Numbered from the stretch's first letter, positions 27,490 to 38,897 are shown. The stretch is DNA of 47,151 nt from Leidyana gryllorum EB-2025a (GCA_048772705.1 JBLWGC010000071.1:1-47151); one strand, 5' to 3'. Notes: generated by a model not told the origin, from the sequence alone. Numbers and translations: made by a program.

Positions 27490-28158
27490 GAGAGTGGAAC
27501 GGGCTACGCCTTCCACCGGGAATCTCGTGCGAATTGGTAGTGCCCCTTCTCCGTTCTCAAAGGTCTGAGCGGCCGCTTCAATCCCAGTCATGGGGTTTTG
27601 CTGAACACATCAGTCGGCTCCTTTGGCTAGTGACTGTTCACCTCAACTCTGAAGCGGTCGCGTATTTCAGGCGGCCAGAGCGTGAGCCTAATGAGTTCTG
27701 AGTCCGCGGTTGGAGCCCGTGCGTGACCAAGTGAGTGCATCTCCTATACAGCTTCGCCCTGTACCCGGGGAAGGCCCAAGATTCAACGATCAATACGAAT
27801 GGAATTTGTTACTAAGTCCGAGCTTCGTCGCCGGCCCAAGTCCGTCGATAGAGCGCAAGACTTTTGATGGGAGACCGCAGGTTCGGGCAGCGCGAGAAGT
27901 CCGAGTCGAGCTTGCTGAACCGTATGTGACGGCACTGGGCGCAAGATGCCCAGTTGGACAGGTGGCAACTTGCCCGAGTGGTTAGGGGGTAGACTCTGCC
28001 GACTGAGCTACCAGACCCAGTTGCAATGTTCTTTTAAGCGAGGAAAAATCATACCTTCAGACCAAACAGTCTCCTGGTCGGCCTGCCCGGCTAGGGCACT
28101 CATAGCTGTCAAATGCTGGACTACTCGGCGGTCGCGTTCGGCTGTCATTGGGTTGATT

Positions 28159-28232
28159 TGCTCCCCGGGGGGATCGAACCCTCGACCTTCGGCACATAAG
28201 GCCGATGCTCTAACCAGCTGAGCTAGGGGAGC
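28159..28232 (-). tRNA. tRNA-Ile(TAT), intronless
   Basis: tcggc CT TAT GT gccga. Confidence 0.88.
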
Positions 28233-28357
28233 GATCACCGCCGTTCCACCGCGTAACTCACATTCGATTCTATCTCAGTCAGAATGCCCCGGCCTCGTGC
28301 CGACCAAGCTTGTCAGCGTCTCTGCTAATTTGCCACGGCGGTTTGAGGCGTGCCTCC

Positions 28358-28428
28358 TGCGTCTATCGGGAATCGAACCTGGATCGTCTCGGTGGCAACG
28401 ACACATTCTACCACAAGACCACAGATGC
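28358..28428 (-). pseudogene. tRNA-Gly(GCC), degenerate
   Basis: Multiple substitutions. Confidence 0.7.
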
Positions 28429-28524
28429 ACAACTCGTTGTTGTTTAAGCTCGTGCACAATACCGGCCGTTTTGCTTCAGAAGAGAAGACAGAATCGAGTT
28501 GAGCGAGTATGACGGGTAGTTTGT

Positions 28525-28596
28525 GGGTACGTAGCTCAGTGGTAGAGCAGCTGACTGCAGATCAGCAAGTCCGTGGTTCAACTCCGCGCGTGCCCT
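28525..28596 (+). tRNA. tRNA-Cys(GCA)
   Basis: Cloverleaf. Confidence 0.88.
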
Positions 28597-28664
28597 GAAG
28601 ATGGTTTGGATCGATCGGAGATGTTGGACCACAAGGCAATGAGTCTGGAGCGGGAGATGATTTT

Positions 28665-28715
28665 GGGCCCATGGCGGAACGTAGCGCGTCTGACTCCTGC
28701 TTAGAAAATTGGGTG
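28665..28715 (+). pseudogene. tRNA-Trp-like remnant
   Basis: tggcggaacgtagcgcgtctgactcc resembles the 5' half of eukaryotic tRNA-Trp. Confidence 0.5.
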
Positions 28716-28805
28716 CTGTCCGCCAGTGTCTAAATGGCTCTGATGTTTGATTCCAGCTCTGGGGGATCCAGCATCCGGGTCGGTGCCATCTGTCGTTGCA
28801 GAAGT

Positions 28806-28879
28806 GGTCGCGTAGCTCAGTCGGTTAGAGCGTGAGCCTAATAAGTTCAAGGTCCCCGGTTCGAGCCCGGGCGTGACCA
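28806..28879 (+). tRNA. tRNA-Ile(AAT)
   Basis: Cloverleaf. Confidence 0.88.
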
Positions 28880-29091
28880 AGTGAGGGGATCTCTGCTAAA
28901 GAGTCGCCCCGGACGCGAGGAAGCCACAACATTCTGCGACTAATACGAAAGGAACTTGTTACCAAGTCCGAGGTTCCCTGCCGCGCCAGCTCCGTCGCTA
29001 GAGCGCAAGACTTTCAATGGTGGAGAGTCCTAGTCAAACTTGCTGAACCGTATGTGGAGCCACTGGCCGCAAAATGCCGAGTTGAACAGGT

Positions 29092-29173
29092 GGCAACTTG
29101 CCCGAGTGGTTAAGGGGGTAGACTAGAAATCTACTGGGCCTGGCCCGCGCTGGTTCAAATCCAGCATTTGTCG
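29092..29173 (+). tRNA. tRNA-Ser(AGA)
   Basis: Long variable arm. Confidence 0.85.
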
Positions 29174-29237
29174 TGCAATGTGGTGGAAATGATGCAATTC
29201 CCAGCATCGAAAACTCATATGGGTCGAGACAGGGAAT

Positions 29238-29308
29238 GCCTCCTTAGTTTAGGGGCAGAGCATTCGCTTTGTAAGCGAAAGGTCGCTGTTCGATTCCGGC
29301 AGGAGGCT
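29238..29308 (+). tRNA. tRNA-Thr(TGT)
   Basis: 1-nt T-stem deletion. Confidence 0.7.
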
Positions 29309-29485
29309 TCAGTCATTAGCCTAAACATGGTTGCGATCCTCTGCCCGCATTTCGGACGGCGGCTTGCACACAGCACTCGGCCATCTTGCCGGAGTGTTCT
29401 TGGCTCGCCGTTCCACCCATTTCCTGTCGGTGAAATCTCAAAATGCGAGGACTTCTGGGGTTGGAGGCCGGCGAGTTTACTAGCG

Positions 29486-29557
29486 TCCGAGATAGTATAG
29501 TGGTCAGTATTTCCGCCTGTCACGCGGCATACCCTGGTTCGATTGCCGGTCTCGGAG
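29486..29557 (+). pseudogene. tRNA-Asp(GTC), degenerate
   Basis: T-stem mismatches. Confidence 0.7.
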
Positions 29558-29725
29558 CACAGATGGCTTCGCTGAAGATTCTCTCCTTTGGTTCTCGCTG
29601 AACGTCGCTAACATGCGAAAATAGTAACCACTATGCTATCTCGGACGCTCTGAACACGCCACGGACATTCCATTCGTTCAGAAAACGGCCGTTACCGTGT
29701 ACGAGCTTCAACAACAAGGTGTCAC

Positions 29726-29796
29726 GCATCTGTGGTCTAGTGGTAGAATGTCTCGTTGCCATCGAGACGACCCGGGTTCGATTCCCGGCAGATGCA
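29726..29796 (+). tRNA. tRNA-Gly(GCC)
   Basis: Cloverleaf. Confidence 0.9.
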
Positions 29797-29871
29797 GAGG
29801 ACACATGGTTGTTTTTCCACCATTCAGAAATTCATGCGTGAGTTGGAGTTTAACCCTCCAACCACATCGCA

Positions 29872-29953
29872 CGACAACTGCTAGATTTGAACCAGCGCGG
29901 GCCCGGCCCAGTAGATTTCTAGTCTACCCCCTTAACCACTCGGGCAAGTTGCC
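29872..29953 (-). tRNA. tRNA-Ser(AGA)
   Basis: Long variable arm. Confidence 0.85.
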
Positions 29954-30185
29954 GCTGTCGAACTTGGCAATTTGCGGCCAGTGACTTCACATACGGTTCA
30001 GCAAGCTTTACTAGGACTGCTGGCGCCGCCCGAACCCGCGGTTCTCCCTTCAAAAGTCTTGCGCTCTACCGACGGAGTTGGGGCGGCAAGAAAGCTCGGA
30101 CTTGGTAACAAATTCCAGTCGTATTGATGGTGGAATCTTTCCGAGTCGGTTCGGCTCTCGGCCGAAGCCTAAACTCGACTACTTG

Positions 30186-30258
30186 TCCACTATAGTCTAA
30201 GTGGCTAGGATATGCGGCTCTCACCCGCACGATCCGGGTTCAAGTCCCGGCAGTGGAA
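30186..30258 (+). tRNA. tRNA-Glu(CTC)
   Basis: Cloverleaf. Confidence 0.85.
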
Positions 30259-30318
30259 ATCCAGCTGAGTGTGCTTGTAGGCAACAGTTCCATTCTTACT
30301 TCCAGGGAAATAGATCCA

Positions 30319-30391
30319 CACCGCCCGCGGGGCTCGAACCCGCAACTGCGAGATTAAGAGTCTTGCGCTCTACCGACTGAGCTTGGGCGGC
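30319..30391 (-). tRNA. tRNA-Lys(CTT)
   Basis: Cloverleaf with mismatches. Confidence 0.75.
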
Positions 30392-30645
30392 AGGAAACCA
30401 AGGACACAAAACTCGATAGCTTGACATCTAAAGTGGCTTTGGTACCCACCAGCCTCACTCCGGGTCGTCTAGTGCTTACAACAGCAAGTTGTGGCCGTGC
30501 ATACCCAGGCCCAAATCCTGGCTTCGATAGTATGTCCCCGATGTCTCGTGGGAGATGTAGGTGAAGTTTGTCCGAGCCCACGATCGGGCGTAGCTGCCCT
30601 CCTCTCTTGATCGCTACACACTTTCATTTGACGGCTCGGTTAGTC

Positions 30646-30718
30646 GGCGCTATGGCCTAATGGATATGGCATCGGTCTACGGAACCGGGGATTCTGGGTT
30701 CGAGTCCCAGTAGCGTCT
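30646..30718 (+). tRNA. tRNA-Arg(ACG)
   Basis: Cloverleaf. Confidence 0.9.
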
Positions 30719-30831
30719 GGGCGAATGGCCGGGTTGCAGCCTGTTGAGTCAACAACTCAGATCCTGTCTTAGCTGTCAGGGACATTGTCCGGGATGGGTC
30801 GAGTGCCGTGTTGCGTCAACGACTATCAGAC

Positions 30832-30903
30832 GGGCTGTTCTGGGAATCGAACCCAGGACTTCTTCCACCCGAAGGAAGAATCATACCACTAGACCAAACA
30901 GCC
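30832..30903 (-). tRNA. tRNA-Pro(CGG)
   Basis: Cloverleaf. Confidence 0.9.
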
Positions 30904-31170
30904 GCCTAGCTGGTGGTTCAACCCGCTGGGTACAGTCGAGAGACTCGTCTCACTATGTGAAGTATTACTCAATGCCATGAGGTAGGCACAGAGGGAGGCT
31001 AGCCCAGATGATGATGAAACGGTGCTTAGTATATGAAAGGTTCTGGGATCGATTCTCAGCGCATCCGAACTACATAGATGGAACCCTCGCCGGAGTAGTC
31101 TAGTTGGCCTATCAACGCTGTCTGCCAAAACCATCAGGTTGAGTAGTACTTTGCCAATCACCACGCTACT

Positions 31171-31250
31171 TCCCGTGGGACGGAATCGAACCGCCGACTA
31201 TCTGATGCCAGCACTACAGTCAGATGCTCTACCAACTGAGCTACCCCCGG
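31171..31250 (-). tRNA. tRNA-Tyr(GTA) with 7-nt intron (31207-31213)
   Basis: tctga CT GTA G [tgctggc] A tcaga; acceptor-stem mismatches. Confidence 0.78.
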
Positions 31251-31442
31251 CCGTCCAACTGCTCCGGGTTTCGAACGGCTCAACCCCAGATCCTCGCCCT
31301 TTCGGACTGCGGTCTGAGCACAGCGCCTTAGACAACTCGGCCATCTTGCCACAGTGTTGTTGGTTCATCGCTCCACCGGTTTTCTGTCCGTGAGCCAAAA
31401 TAGAAAGACTTTTGGGGTTGAAGGCCGGGGTCTCCACGAGCG

Positions 31443-31514
31443 TCCGAGATAGTATAGTGCTTAGTATTTCCGCCTGTCACTCGGAAGACCCGCGTACGAA
31501 TCCCGGTCTCGGAG
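31443..31514 (+). pseudogene. tRNA-Asp(GTC), degenerate
   Basis: B box altered. Confidence 0.7.
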
Positions 31515-31568
31515 ACACTTAGTTTTTCCGCTTTAGATTTCGTGGTGCTCACCTGCAAAAATGCGAGT

Positions 31569-31641
31569 TACAGCCACCGAGGATCGAACTCGGGACCTTC
31601 TGCGTGTTAAGCAGACGTCGTGACCATTAGACCATGGCTGC
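31569..31641 (-). tRNA. tRNA-Val(AAC)
   Basis: Cloverleaf. Confidence 0.88.
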
Positions 31642-31704
31642 AGTGAAGGTCCCGCACACCAAGAGAAGTGGCGAGGTTTCACGAAAGAGTGAGGACTAGT
31701 TCTG

Positions 31705-31776
31705 AGGTCGCGCCGGGAATCGATCCTAAGTCGGGAGATTTGGAGTCTCCAGTGCTAACCACTACACCACGTAACC
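31705..31776 (-). pseudogene. tRNA-Gln body with CCA anticodon
   Basis: ggaga CT CCA AA tctcc; T arm altered. Confidence 0.7.
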
Positions 31777-32059
31777 GATTCCGTCCTTCCTAAAAGGAGT
31801 TGGTAGAGCCATCCGCACTAGCGCTCCCTCAACTGGACACATGCAACACGCGTCTCTCTACTGGCCTTTGAAATATTGTAACTGGCTCTTGTATCTTAGT
31901 CGGCAGAGTGTGTGATGGTGAAATACAAACTCGGGAATCCGGGCTTTGAGGCAACCTTCACACATACTGCGGTGCCCAGGTCTGTCCAAGGGCTACAGGG
32001 CATGACTAAAAGCTCTCAACTCGGTAAGTAAATAGCGGCAGGTGCAGCCGTACGACGTT

Positions 32060-32132
32060 TGGACGACCTGGGCATCGATCCCAGTACCTCTCGCATGCTA
32101 AGCGAGCGCTCTACCATTTGAGCTAGTCGCCC
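32060..32132 (-). tRNA. tRNA-Ala(AGC)
   Basis: Cloverleaf. Confidence 0.9.
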
Positions 32133-32211
32133 GTTGTGCAGACCCCGTTGATTCTCAACATGGTATGACCACTCTCGCGACTGTGCTCACCGCGTTGCAC
32201 GACCGACAGGC

Positions 32212-32283
32212 GGCTGTTTGGTCTAGTGGTATGATTTTTCCTTCGGGTGGAAGAAGTCCTGGGTTCGATTCCCAGAACAGCCC
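32212..32283 (+). tRNA. tRNA-Pro(CGG)
   Basis: Cloverleaf. Confidence 0.88.
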
Positions 32284-32363
32284 GTTGGTTGTCGGTTGAC
32301 CCGACGCTCTATCTCAGACCAAGAGGGTACGGCTCTCGGCTAAAGGTGCAGCTGAGGAAGTTG

Positions 32364-32436
32364 TCCACTGTAGTCTAAGTGGCTAGGATATGCGGCTCTC
32401 ACCCGCACGATCCGGGTTCAAGTCCCGGCAGTGGAA
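32364..32436 (+). tRNA. tRNA-Glu(CTC)
   Basis: Cloverleaf. Confidence 0.9.
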
Positions 32437-32512
32437 GTCATTGGACCATTCGAGCAAAGTGCCTCAGTAATCCCCGTCAATAGTGACTGATTCGTGATCT
32501 TTGGCTTGCATT

Positions 32513-32584
32513 GCCTTCTTAGCTTAAGGACAGAGCATTCGCTTAGTAAGCGAAAGGTCGCCGGTTCGATTCCGGCAGAAGGCT
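32513..32584 (+). tRNA. tRNA-Thr(AGT)
   Basis: Cloverleaf, D-loop variant. Confidence 0.8.
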
Positions 32585-32974
32585 CGACTGCATCGAATGG
32601 GCACCTGCAAGCTTATCGCAACTCCAATCATCGTAGCTGAGCCTCGTAGCTCAGCCATCAGAGTGTAAGTCTCTTAGCCACGAAGTCGCAGGTTTGGAAC
32701 CTGCCAGTACCTGACGCACCCACAGCGCTCTGTTTGGTCCAGTTATATATTCTTCCTCTGTGTTGTGCTCCAGGGTGAGTGCCGACTGTCGAGTTCGTTC
32801 CCCCTTTTTTCCTTTTCTAAAAAGCATCTAAGTTGGACCTAACGCTACCTATGTGCTACAGCTAAGGTCTTGCCTCAAATGTCTTGGCGCGCGCGTGTAC
32901 AGCCTTCACCTGCACACGTATGGACAAGACTTACCTTAAGCAGCCAGTCCCGTTGACAATGCCGTGGAGTCAGA

Positions 32975-33392
32975 CTTGTCCGCGGGGAGACTCGAACCAC
33001 CGACCTTCAGAACATAAGTCCGTAGTCATTACCATTGTGCTATTGGCGCAGTCGCCGAACATGTCGTGGCACTGCAAACCAGTGTGCAGCTTAGACGTGC
33101 GTGTACGACGCTGTGGGGCCTCCTGGGGGCTCCCCCACCCGTCCTCCATCCTCGACCTGCCCTCACCCGTCACCTGGGGGTCTTGGCACTGTTGTCCGAG
33201 GTGGGATTCGATCCGCCGACCTGCGGGTCCCAAGTCCGAGTAGTTACCACTGCACTACTGGATCACAATACTAAGGGCAGCCATGTGCCGGTCGAGGTGG
33301 CTAGCCAAGGGCGAAGTGCAGGGCCGTGGATTCGATCCTGCGACCTCCAGGTTGCGAGCACAAGACACTTCCCATTGCACTAACTGGTACAC
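32975..33392 (-). other. Three tRNA-like units with A/B boxes but unpaired acceptor stems
   Basis: Units at ~32975-33050, ~33190-33265 and ~33316-33392; not obvious copies of the other array genes. Confidence 0.55.
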
Positions 33393-33579
33393 CACAACAC
33401 TCTGGGTGGAAGAAGTCCTGGGTTCGATTCCCAGAACAGCCCGTCTGATAGTTGTTGACTCAATGCCACGTCTCTCCAAGGTCGGCTTCTATACGCGGCT
33501 CCCACTCGTACAATCCCGGATGAAGTCCAGACCAGCTGAGACAAAATCTGAGTTGCAGCAGTTGTGAGGGGCTGGAACT

Positions 33580-33651
33580 GCTCCGAGACTGGGAATCGAA
33601 CCCGGGTCTTCCGCGTGACTGGCGGAAAAACTAATCACTATACTATCTCGG
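33580..33651 (-). pseudogene. tRNA-Asp, degenerate
   Basis: D arm and anticodon loop altered. Confidence 0.7.
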
Positions 33652-33814
33652 ACGCTAGTAAACACGCCGGCCTCCAACCCCAGAACTCCTCGCATTTTGA
33701 GATTTCACGGACAGGAAAAGGGTAACACTTCGGCAAGATGGCCGAGTGCTGTGTGCAAGCCGCCGTCCGAAAATGCGGGCGGATGATCGCAACCATGTTT
33801 AGGCTAATGACTGA

Positions 33815-33886
33815 AGCCTCCTGCCGGAATCGAACCAGCGACCTTTCGCTTACAAAGCGAATGCTCTGCCCCTAAGCTAAGGAGGC
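33815..33886 (-). tRNA. tRNA-Thr(TGT)
   Basis: Cloverleaf. Confidence 0.9.
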
Positions 33887-33950
33887 ATTCCCTGTCTCGA
33901 CCCATATGAGTTTTTGATGCCGGGAATTGCATCATTTCCACCACATCGCA

Positions 33951-34032
33951 CGACCACTGCTGGATTTGAACCAGCGCGGTCCAGGCCCAGTAGATTTCGA
34001 GTCTACCCCCTTATTTACTCGGGCAAGTTGCC
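33951..34032 (-). tRNA. tRNA-Ser(CGA), D-loop degenerate
   Basis: gtaga CT CGA AA tctac. Confidence 0.65.
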
Positions 34033-34141
34033 ACCTGTCGAACTCGGCATTTTGCGGCCAGTGATGTCACATACGGTTCAGCAAGCTTGACTAGGACCCC
34101 AAACCGTTGTGAAAAAGTGCCAGCGAGTAAGAGATGTCGTC

Positions 34142-34223
34142 GGCAAGCTGGCCGAGCGGTTAAGGCGGCGGCCTGCTAAGCCGTTGGGTTCCACCCGCGT
34201 GAGTTCGAATCTCACCCTTGTCG
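34142..34223 (+). tRNA. tRNA-Ser(GCT)
   Basis: Long variable arm. Confidence 0.82.
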
Positions 34224-34514
34224 GTAGCATTCGGGGAGAGCGCAACTGGTTGAATGATTGAACTGAGGTTTTTGCCCGACTCGAATCCAACTCTTTAGGC
34301 TGGGGCCTGTATACAAGACCCGTGTTGCATGTGTCCAGTTGAGGAAGCGCTAGTCCGACTCTTCTGGGATGGGCTGAACCGGTTGCGTCCTTGGTGGTTA
34401 GCACTCGACACTTTGGATTTTCCGACCTGGGTTCGGTCCCGGCGCGACCCTTGAACTGGTCCTCACTACTCCCTGAAGCATCGCCACTTCTCTTGGGCTG
34501 CGGGGACCATCCAT

Positions 34515-34586
34515 GCAGCCATGGTCTAGTGGTTACGACGTCTGCTTAACACGCGAAGGTCCCGAGTTCGATCCTCGGTGGCTGTA
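34515..34586 (+). tRNA. tRNA-Val(AAC)
   Basis: 1-nt deletion in the anticodon stem. Confidence 0.72.
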
Positions 34587-34641
34587 GCTCGAAACTTTCA
34601 GCGGGCACCAAAAAAGACAATCTTAAGCGAGATCAACTGTG

Positions 34642-34713
34642 CTCCGAGACCGGGAATCGAACACGGGTCTTCCGCGTGACAGGCGGAAATACTAACCACT
34701 ATACTATCTCGGA
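34642..34713 (-). tRNA. tRNA-Asp(GTC)
   Basis: Cloverleaf. Confidence 0.85.
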
Positions 34714-34807
34714 TGCTCCGAACACACCGGCCTGAAACCCCAAAAGTCCTTCCATCTTGAGATTCCAGGAATAGAAAACGCGTGGAGCGGCGAGCCAACA
34801 ACATCCC

Positions 34808-34887
34808 GGCAAGATGACCGAGTGGTCTGAGGCGCTGTGCTCAGACCGGAGTCCGAAAGGTCGTGGGTTCGAATCCCACTTTTGTCA
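34808..34887 (+). tRNA. tRNA-Leu(CAG), partly degenerate
   Basis: Long variable arm. Confidence 0.68.
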
Positions 34888-35020
34888 GGCGTTGTAGTCA
34901 GGACAACCTGCGACTTCATCCCAGCATGCCCCCACGATGCGCGCGGGACAGCCCGCCGTGGACGTGGCACCCGGCTAACTTTTGTCGATACAACTGCCAC
35001 ATGATTCTCCAACTTACATT

Positions 35021-35092
35021 GCCTTCTTAGCTTAGGGGCAGAGCGTTCGCTTCGTAAGCGAGAAGTCGCCGGTTCGATTCCGGCAGAAGGCT
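35021..35092 (+). tRNA. tRNA-Thr(CGT)
   Basis: Cloverleaf. Confidence 0.9.
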
Positions 35093-35270
35093 TTGTTGCA
35101 TCGATAGGCTTAAGAGGAATGGCTGTCGCCACGTACAAGATTCACAAGATCGTGTTCTGCATCTGTGGTCTAGTGGAAGAGTCGATCGCTGCCATCGAGA
35201 TAACCTGTGTGCGATTCCCGACTGCAAAATGGTAGCATGATGAGTTTGTCGGCGGTTTCGATTCTGACCG

Positions 35271-35343
35271 TGGGAGTGGAGAGGATCGAACTCTCGACTT
35301 CAGGATTATGAGACCTACGCGCTACCGACTGCGCTACACTCCC
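35271..35343 (-). tRNA. tRNA-Met(CAT), elongator
   Basis: Cloverleaf. Confidence 0.92.
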
Positions 35344-35579
35344 CCTCCGACTTTCTCCGAGGAATCACCTGAACCCAGAACCATGCTGCCAGGCAGGTTG
35401 GGTCAAGATACAACAAAGCGGGCTGTTTTGGGAATGGAACCCAGGACTTCTTCCACCCGACGGCAGAATCATACCACTAGACCAAACAGCCGCCTGTCAT
35501 TCGTGTAACCCGCTGAAGACAGTTTAAAAAGTGGTCATCCTATGTTGAGAACCAACAAATGCGATGGGGTCCGCATAAC

Positions 35580-35652
35580 GGGAGACTAGCTCAAATGGTA
35601 GAGCGCTCGCTTAGCATGCGAGAGGTACTGGGATCGATGCCCAGGTCGTCCA
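35580..35652 (+). tRNA. tRNA-Ala(AGC)
   Basis: Acceptor-stem variant. Confidence 0.75.
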
Positions 35653-35955
35653 AAGTACGTACGGCTGCACGTGGCCGAATTCAAACCCATCGTTGTCATC
35701 TTTGAAGGGTCGCGAACCACAAGTGCCATTGGGAGAGCACCGCAGTCAATGTCTAGGGTGCCTCTGAAGCCGGTTTTGCTAGGTTCCGGACCTGCGAGCT
35801 TGTCATCAAAAGCCACATGCTCTGCCGACTGAGCTCACAAAACGCCTTACAATGTTGCAGAGCTTAGTAGAGGGACCCTCCACTTTCTACCGCAACCCCT
35901 TTGTTATAGGTTGACCCGACGGACCACATCTTGTTGACCTCAACAGTGGAACTTG

Positions 35956-36028
35956 TCCACTGTAGTCTAAGTGGCTAGGATTTGCGACTCTCACCCGCAT
36001 GATCCGGGTTCAAGTCCCGGCAGTGGAA
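35956..36028 (+). tRNA. tRNA-Glu(CTC)
   Basis: Cloverleaf with mismatches. Confidence 0.75.
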
Positions 36029-36104
36029 GTCGTTGGACCATTCGAGCAAAGTGCTCCAGTAACCTCCGTCAATAGTGACTGATTCGTGATCTTTGGCTTG
36101 CATT

Positions 36105-36176
36105 TCCTTGTTAGCTTAGGGGCAGAGCATTCGCTTAGTAAGCGAAAGGTCGCCGGTTTGATTCCGGCAGAAGGCT
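36105..36176 (+). pseudogene. tRNA-Thr(AGT), degenerate
   Basis: Acceptor and T-loop changes. Confidence 0.7.
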
Positions 36177-36400
36177 CGACTGCACTCCTTCCACAGTAAG
36201 GAAGGATCATACCACTAGACCAAACAGCCGCTTAGCCGGTGGTTCAACCCGCTGGGTACAGTCGAGAGACTCGTCTCACTATGTTAGACAACTCGGCCAT
36301 CTTGCCGGGATGTTGTTGACTCGCCGCTCCACACGTTTTCTGTGCTTGAAATCTCATAATGGAAGAACTTTTGGGGTTGGAGGCCGGCGTGTTCAGAGCG

Positions 36401-36472
36401 TCCGAGATAGTATAGTGGTTAGTATTTCCGCCTGTCACGCGGAAGACCCGGGTTCGATTCCCGGTCTCAGAG
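36401..36472 (+). tRNA. tRNA-Asp(GTC)
   Basis: Cloverleaf. Confidence 0.85.
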
Positions 36473-36734
36473 CAGTGGTGGTTTCGCTTAAGATTCTCTC
36501 CTTTGGTTCTCGCTGAAAGTTGGGAGTTACACCACCGAGGATTCACCTCGGACTTTCTGCGTGTTAAGCAGACGTCGTAACCACTAGACCGTGGGAGCTA
36601 CAGCCACCGAGGATTCACCTCGGACTTTCTGCGTGTTGAGCAGACGTCGTAACCACTAGACCGTGGCTGCATGAATGGTCCCCGCAGCCCAAGAGAAGTG
36701 GCGAAGTTTCAGGGAGTAGTGAGGACCAGTTCCA

Positions 36735-36806
36735 AGGTCGCGCCGGGAATCGAACCCAGGTCGGGAGATTCAGAGTCTCCAGTGCTAACCACTACACCAC
36801 GCAACC
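36735..36806 (-). tRNA. tRNA-Gln(CTG)
   Basis: Cloverleaf. Confidence 0.9.
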
Positions 36807-37642
36807 AGTTCAGCCCACCCAAAAGAGTCGGTAGAATCATCCGGACTAGCGCTTCCTCAACTGGACACACGCAACACGGGTCTCTTTACTGACCTCTGGG
36901 AATATTTTAGGTGGCTCATGTATATAGCGCCCAGCGTAGAGCGTTGGATTTGAGTCGGACAGAATGCTCACTTCAATCATTGAAGCAATTGCGCTCTTCG
37001 CGAATGCTACCGTCAAGGATGAGTTTCGAACTCACGCGGGTGACACCCAACGGCTCAGCAGGCCGCCGCCTTAACCACTCGGCCACCTTGCCAAGAGTGT
37101 AACTGATCACACCTTTCGTCGGGAACCCCGTGCAAACTGTTAGTGATGTGGGTGGGTATAGCCCCTTCGAAGTGTCAGTATTTGGCTCTGGAATGACTGT
37201 TTGGCGGGGTGGAGGAAGGCCAATCATGGTGCTTTTGCGGAGCACAGTCGGATAGTTGGTCCAGTGAGTGTTTACCTCAACTCTGCCTATTTTCGGTCAC
37301 TTAAAGGGTGAGCCTGATCAGTTCCAAGTTCGCAGTCAAGCGCCGGCCCAACTGGGCGGGTGTGTTGTTGATGGAGCATCCCCTTGCACCCTTTTGACAG
37401 GAGGAGATGCATCGAGAGAAGTTTCACGGAGTGTAGCGCAGTCGGTAGCGCCTAGGTCTCATGTTCTTGAAGTCGAGAGTTCAATCCTCCCCACTCCCAC
37501 GGTCGGCATCGGAAGCGCCGACTAACTCGTATGCGCCACCTGACAAGAGTGGACTTCAGCTGTCCGCTGGTGTCTGAGATGTTTGAGTCCAGCTGAGGGG
37601 GGATCCAGCATCCGGGTCGGTGCCATCTGTCGTCGCAGAAGT

Positions 37643-37716
37643 GGTCGCGTAGCTCAGTCGGTTAGAGCGTGAGCCTAATAAGCTCAAGGTCCCCGGTTCG
37701 AGCCCGGGCGTGACCA
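37643..37716 (+). tRNA. tRNA-Ile(AAT)
   Basis: Cloverleaf. Confidence 0.92.
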
Positions 37717-38067
37717 AGTGAGTGGATCTTCGATAAAGAGTCGCCCTGCACTCGAGCAACCCCCAACATTCTGCGACCAATACGAAAGGTACGTGTTATA
37801 AAGTCCTCACTTCCCTGCCGCGCCAGCCCCGTCGGTAGAGCGCAAGACTTTCAATGGAGAGACCGCGGGTTCGGGCAGCGCCAGCAGTCCGAGTCAAGCT
37901 TGCTGAACCGTATGTGAAGCCACTGGCCGCTAAATGCCGAGTTCGACAGGTGGCAACTTGCCCGAGTGTTGAAGGGGGTAGACTAGAAATCTACTGGGCC
38001 TGGCCAACGAGGTGGCTGTGTTGGTTCTGGGGGCAACTTGTCCCGTCGGATCCACTGACGACCAATA

Positions 38068-38139
38068 GGGCTGTTCTGGGAATCGAACCCAGGACTCCTT
38101 CCACCCTAAGGAAGGATCATACCACTAGACCAAACAGCC
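38068..38139 (-). tRNA. tRNA-Pro(AGG)
   Basis: Cloverleaf. Confidence 0.9.
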
Positions 38140-38255
38140 GACTGGTCGGTCGTGCAACCCGCTGAGGGCAGTTGAGATAGTCGTCATACTATGTTGAGAA
38201 CCAGTTCTACTTCTTGAAACTTCGCAACTTCTCTTGGTTCCCGCAAAGCTTTCGT

Positions 38256-38328
38256 GCAGTCATGGTCTAGTGGTTACGACGTCTGCTTAACACGCAGAAG
38301 GTTCCGAGTTCGATCCCAAGTGGCTGTA
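38256..38328 (+). tRNA. tRNA-Val(AAC)
   Basis: T-stem mismatches. Confidence 0.68.
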
Positions 38329-38480
38329 GCTCGAATCTTTGAAGTGAGTCCCACCAAAGCGAGGAAACAGGCTCTCTCCAAAACAGGGCATCGAACCCGC
38401 GTCTTCCGCGTCTTCAACCCTAAAAGTCTTCCTTCTCGAGAACTTCACGGACAGAAAACCTGTAAAGTGGCGAACGCTCC

Positions 38481-38560
38481 GGCAAGATGGCCGAGTGGTC
38501 TAAGGCGCTGTGTTCAGGCCGCAGTCCGAAAGGGCGTGGGCTCGAATCCCGCTCTTGTCA
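38481..38560 (+). tRNA. tRNA-Leu(CAG)
   Basis: Long variable arm. Confidence 0.8.
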
Positions 38561-38630
38561 GCCGTTGTATTGTATTGGCACTCAGTCCCCTCACTTCACT
38601 GATATACAGGTCCTTCGACCTACATACAGC

Positions 38631-38701
38631 TGCACCTGCCGGGACTCGAACTCGGGTTACGACCTTGGAAGGGTCGCATCTTACCCTTAGACCACAAGTG
38701 C
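38631..38701 (-). tRNA. tRNA-Gly(TCC)
   Basis: Cloverleaf. Confidence 0.85.
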
Positions 38702-38897
38702 AATTGCGAAAGATCTGCAGCACCCCGAGAGACTCGGGCAATTTCTACTTCCAGCACGGGGATCGAGTCAAGCACTTTCTCCAGGCGAAGGAAACTCATA
38801 CCACGAGCACTTCAGCCCCGAATGCGGGGCAGTGGATCCCCATACAGCTAGCAAGCTTGCCTCGGTCGAAACGGAACGTCTCCCGAGTGAGAGGCTA

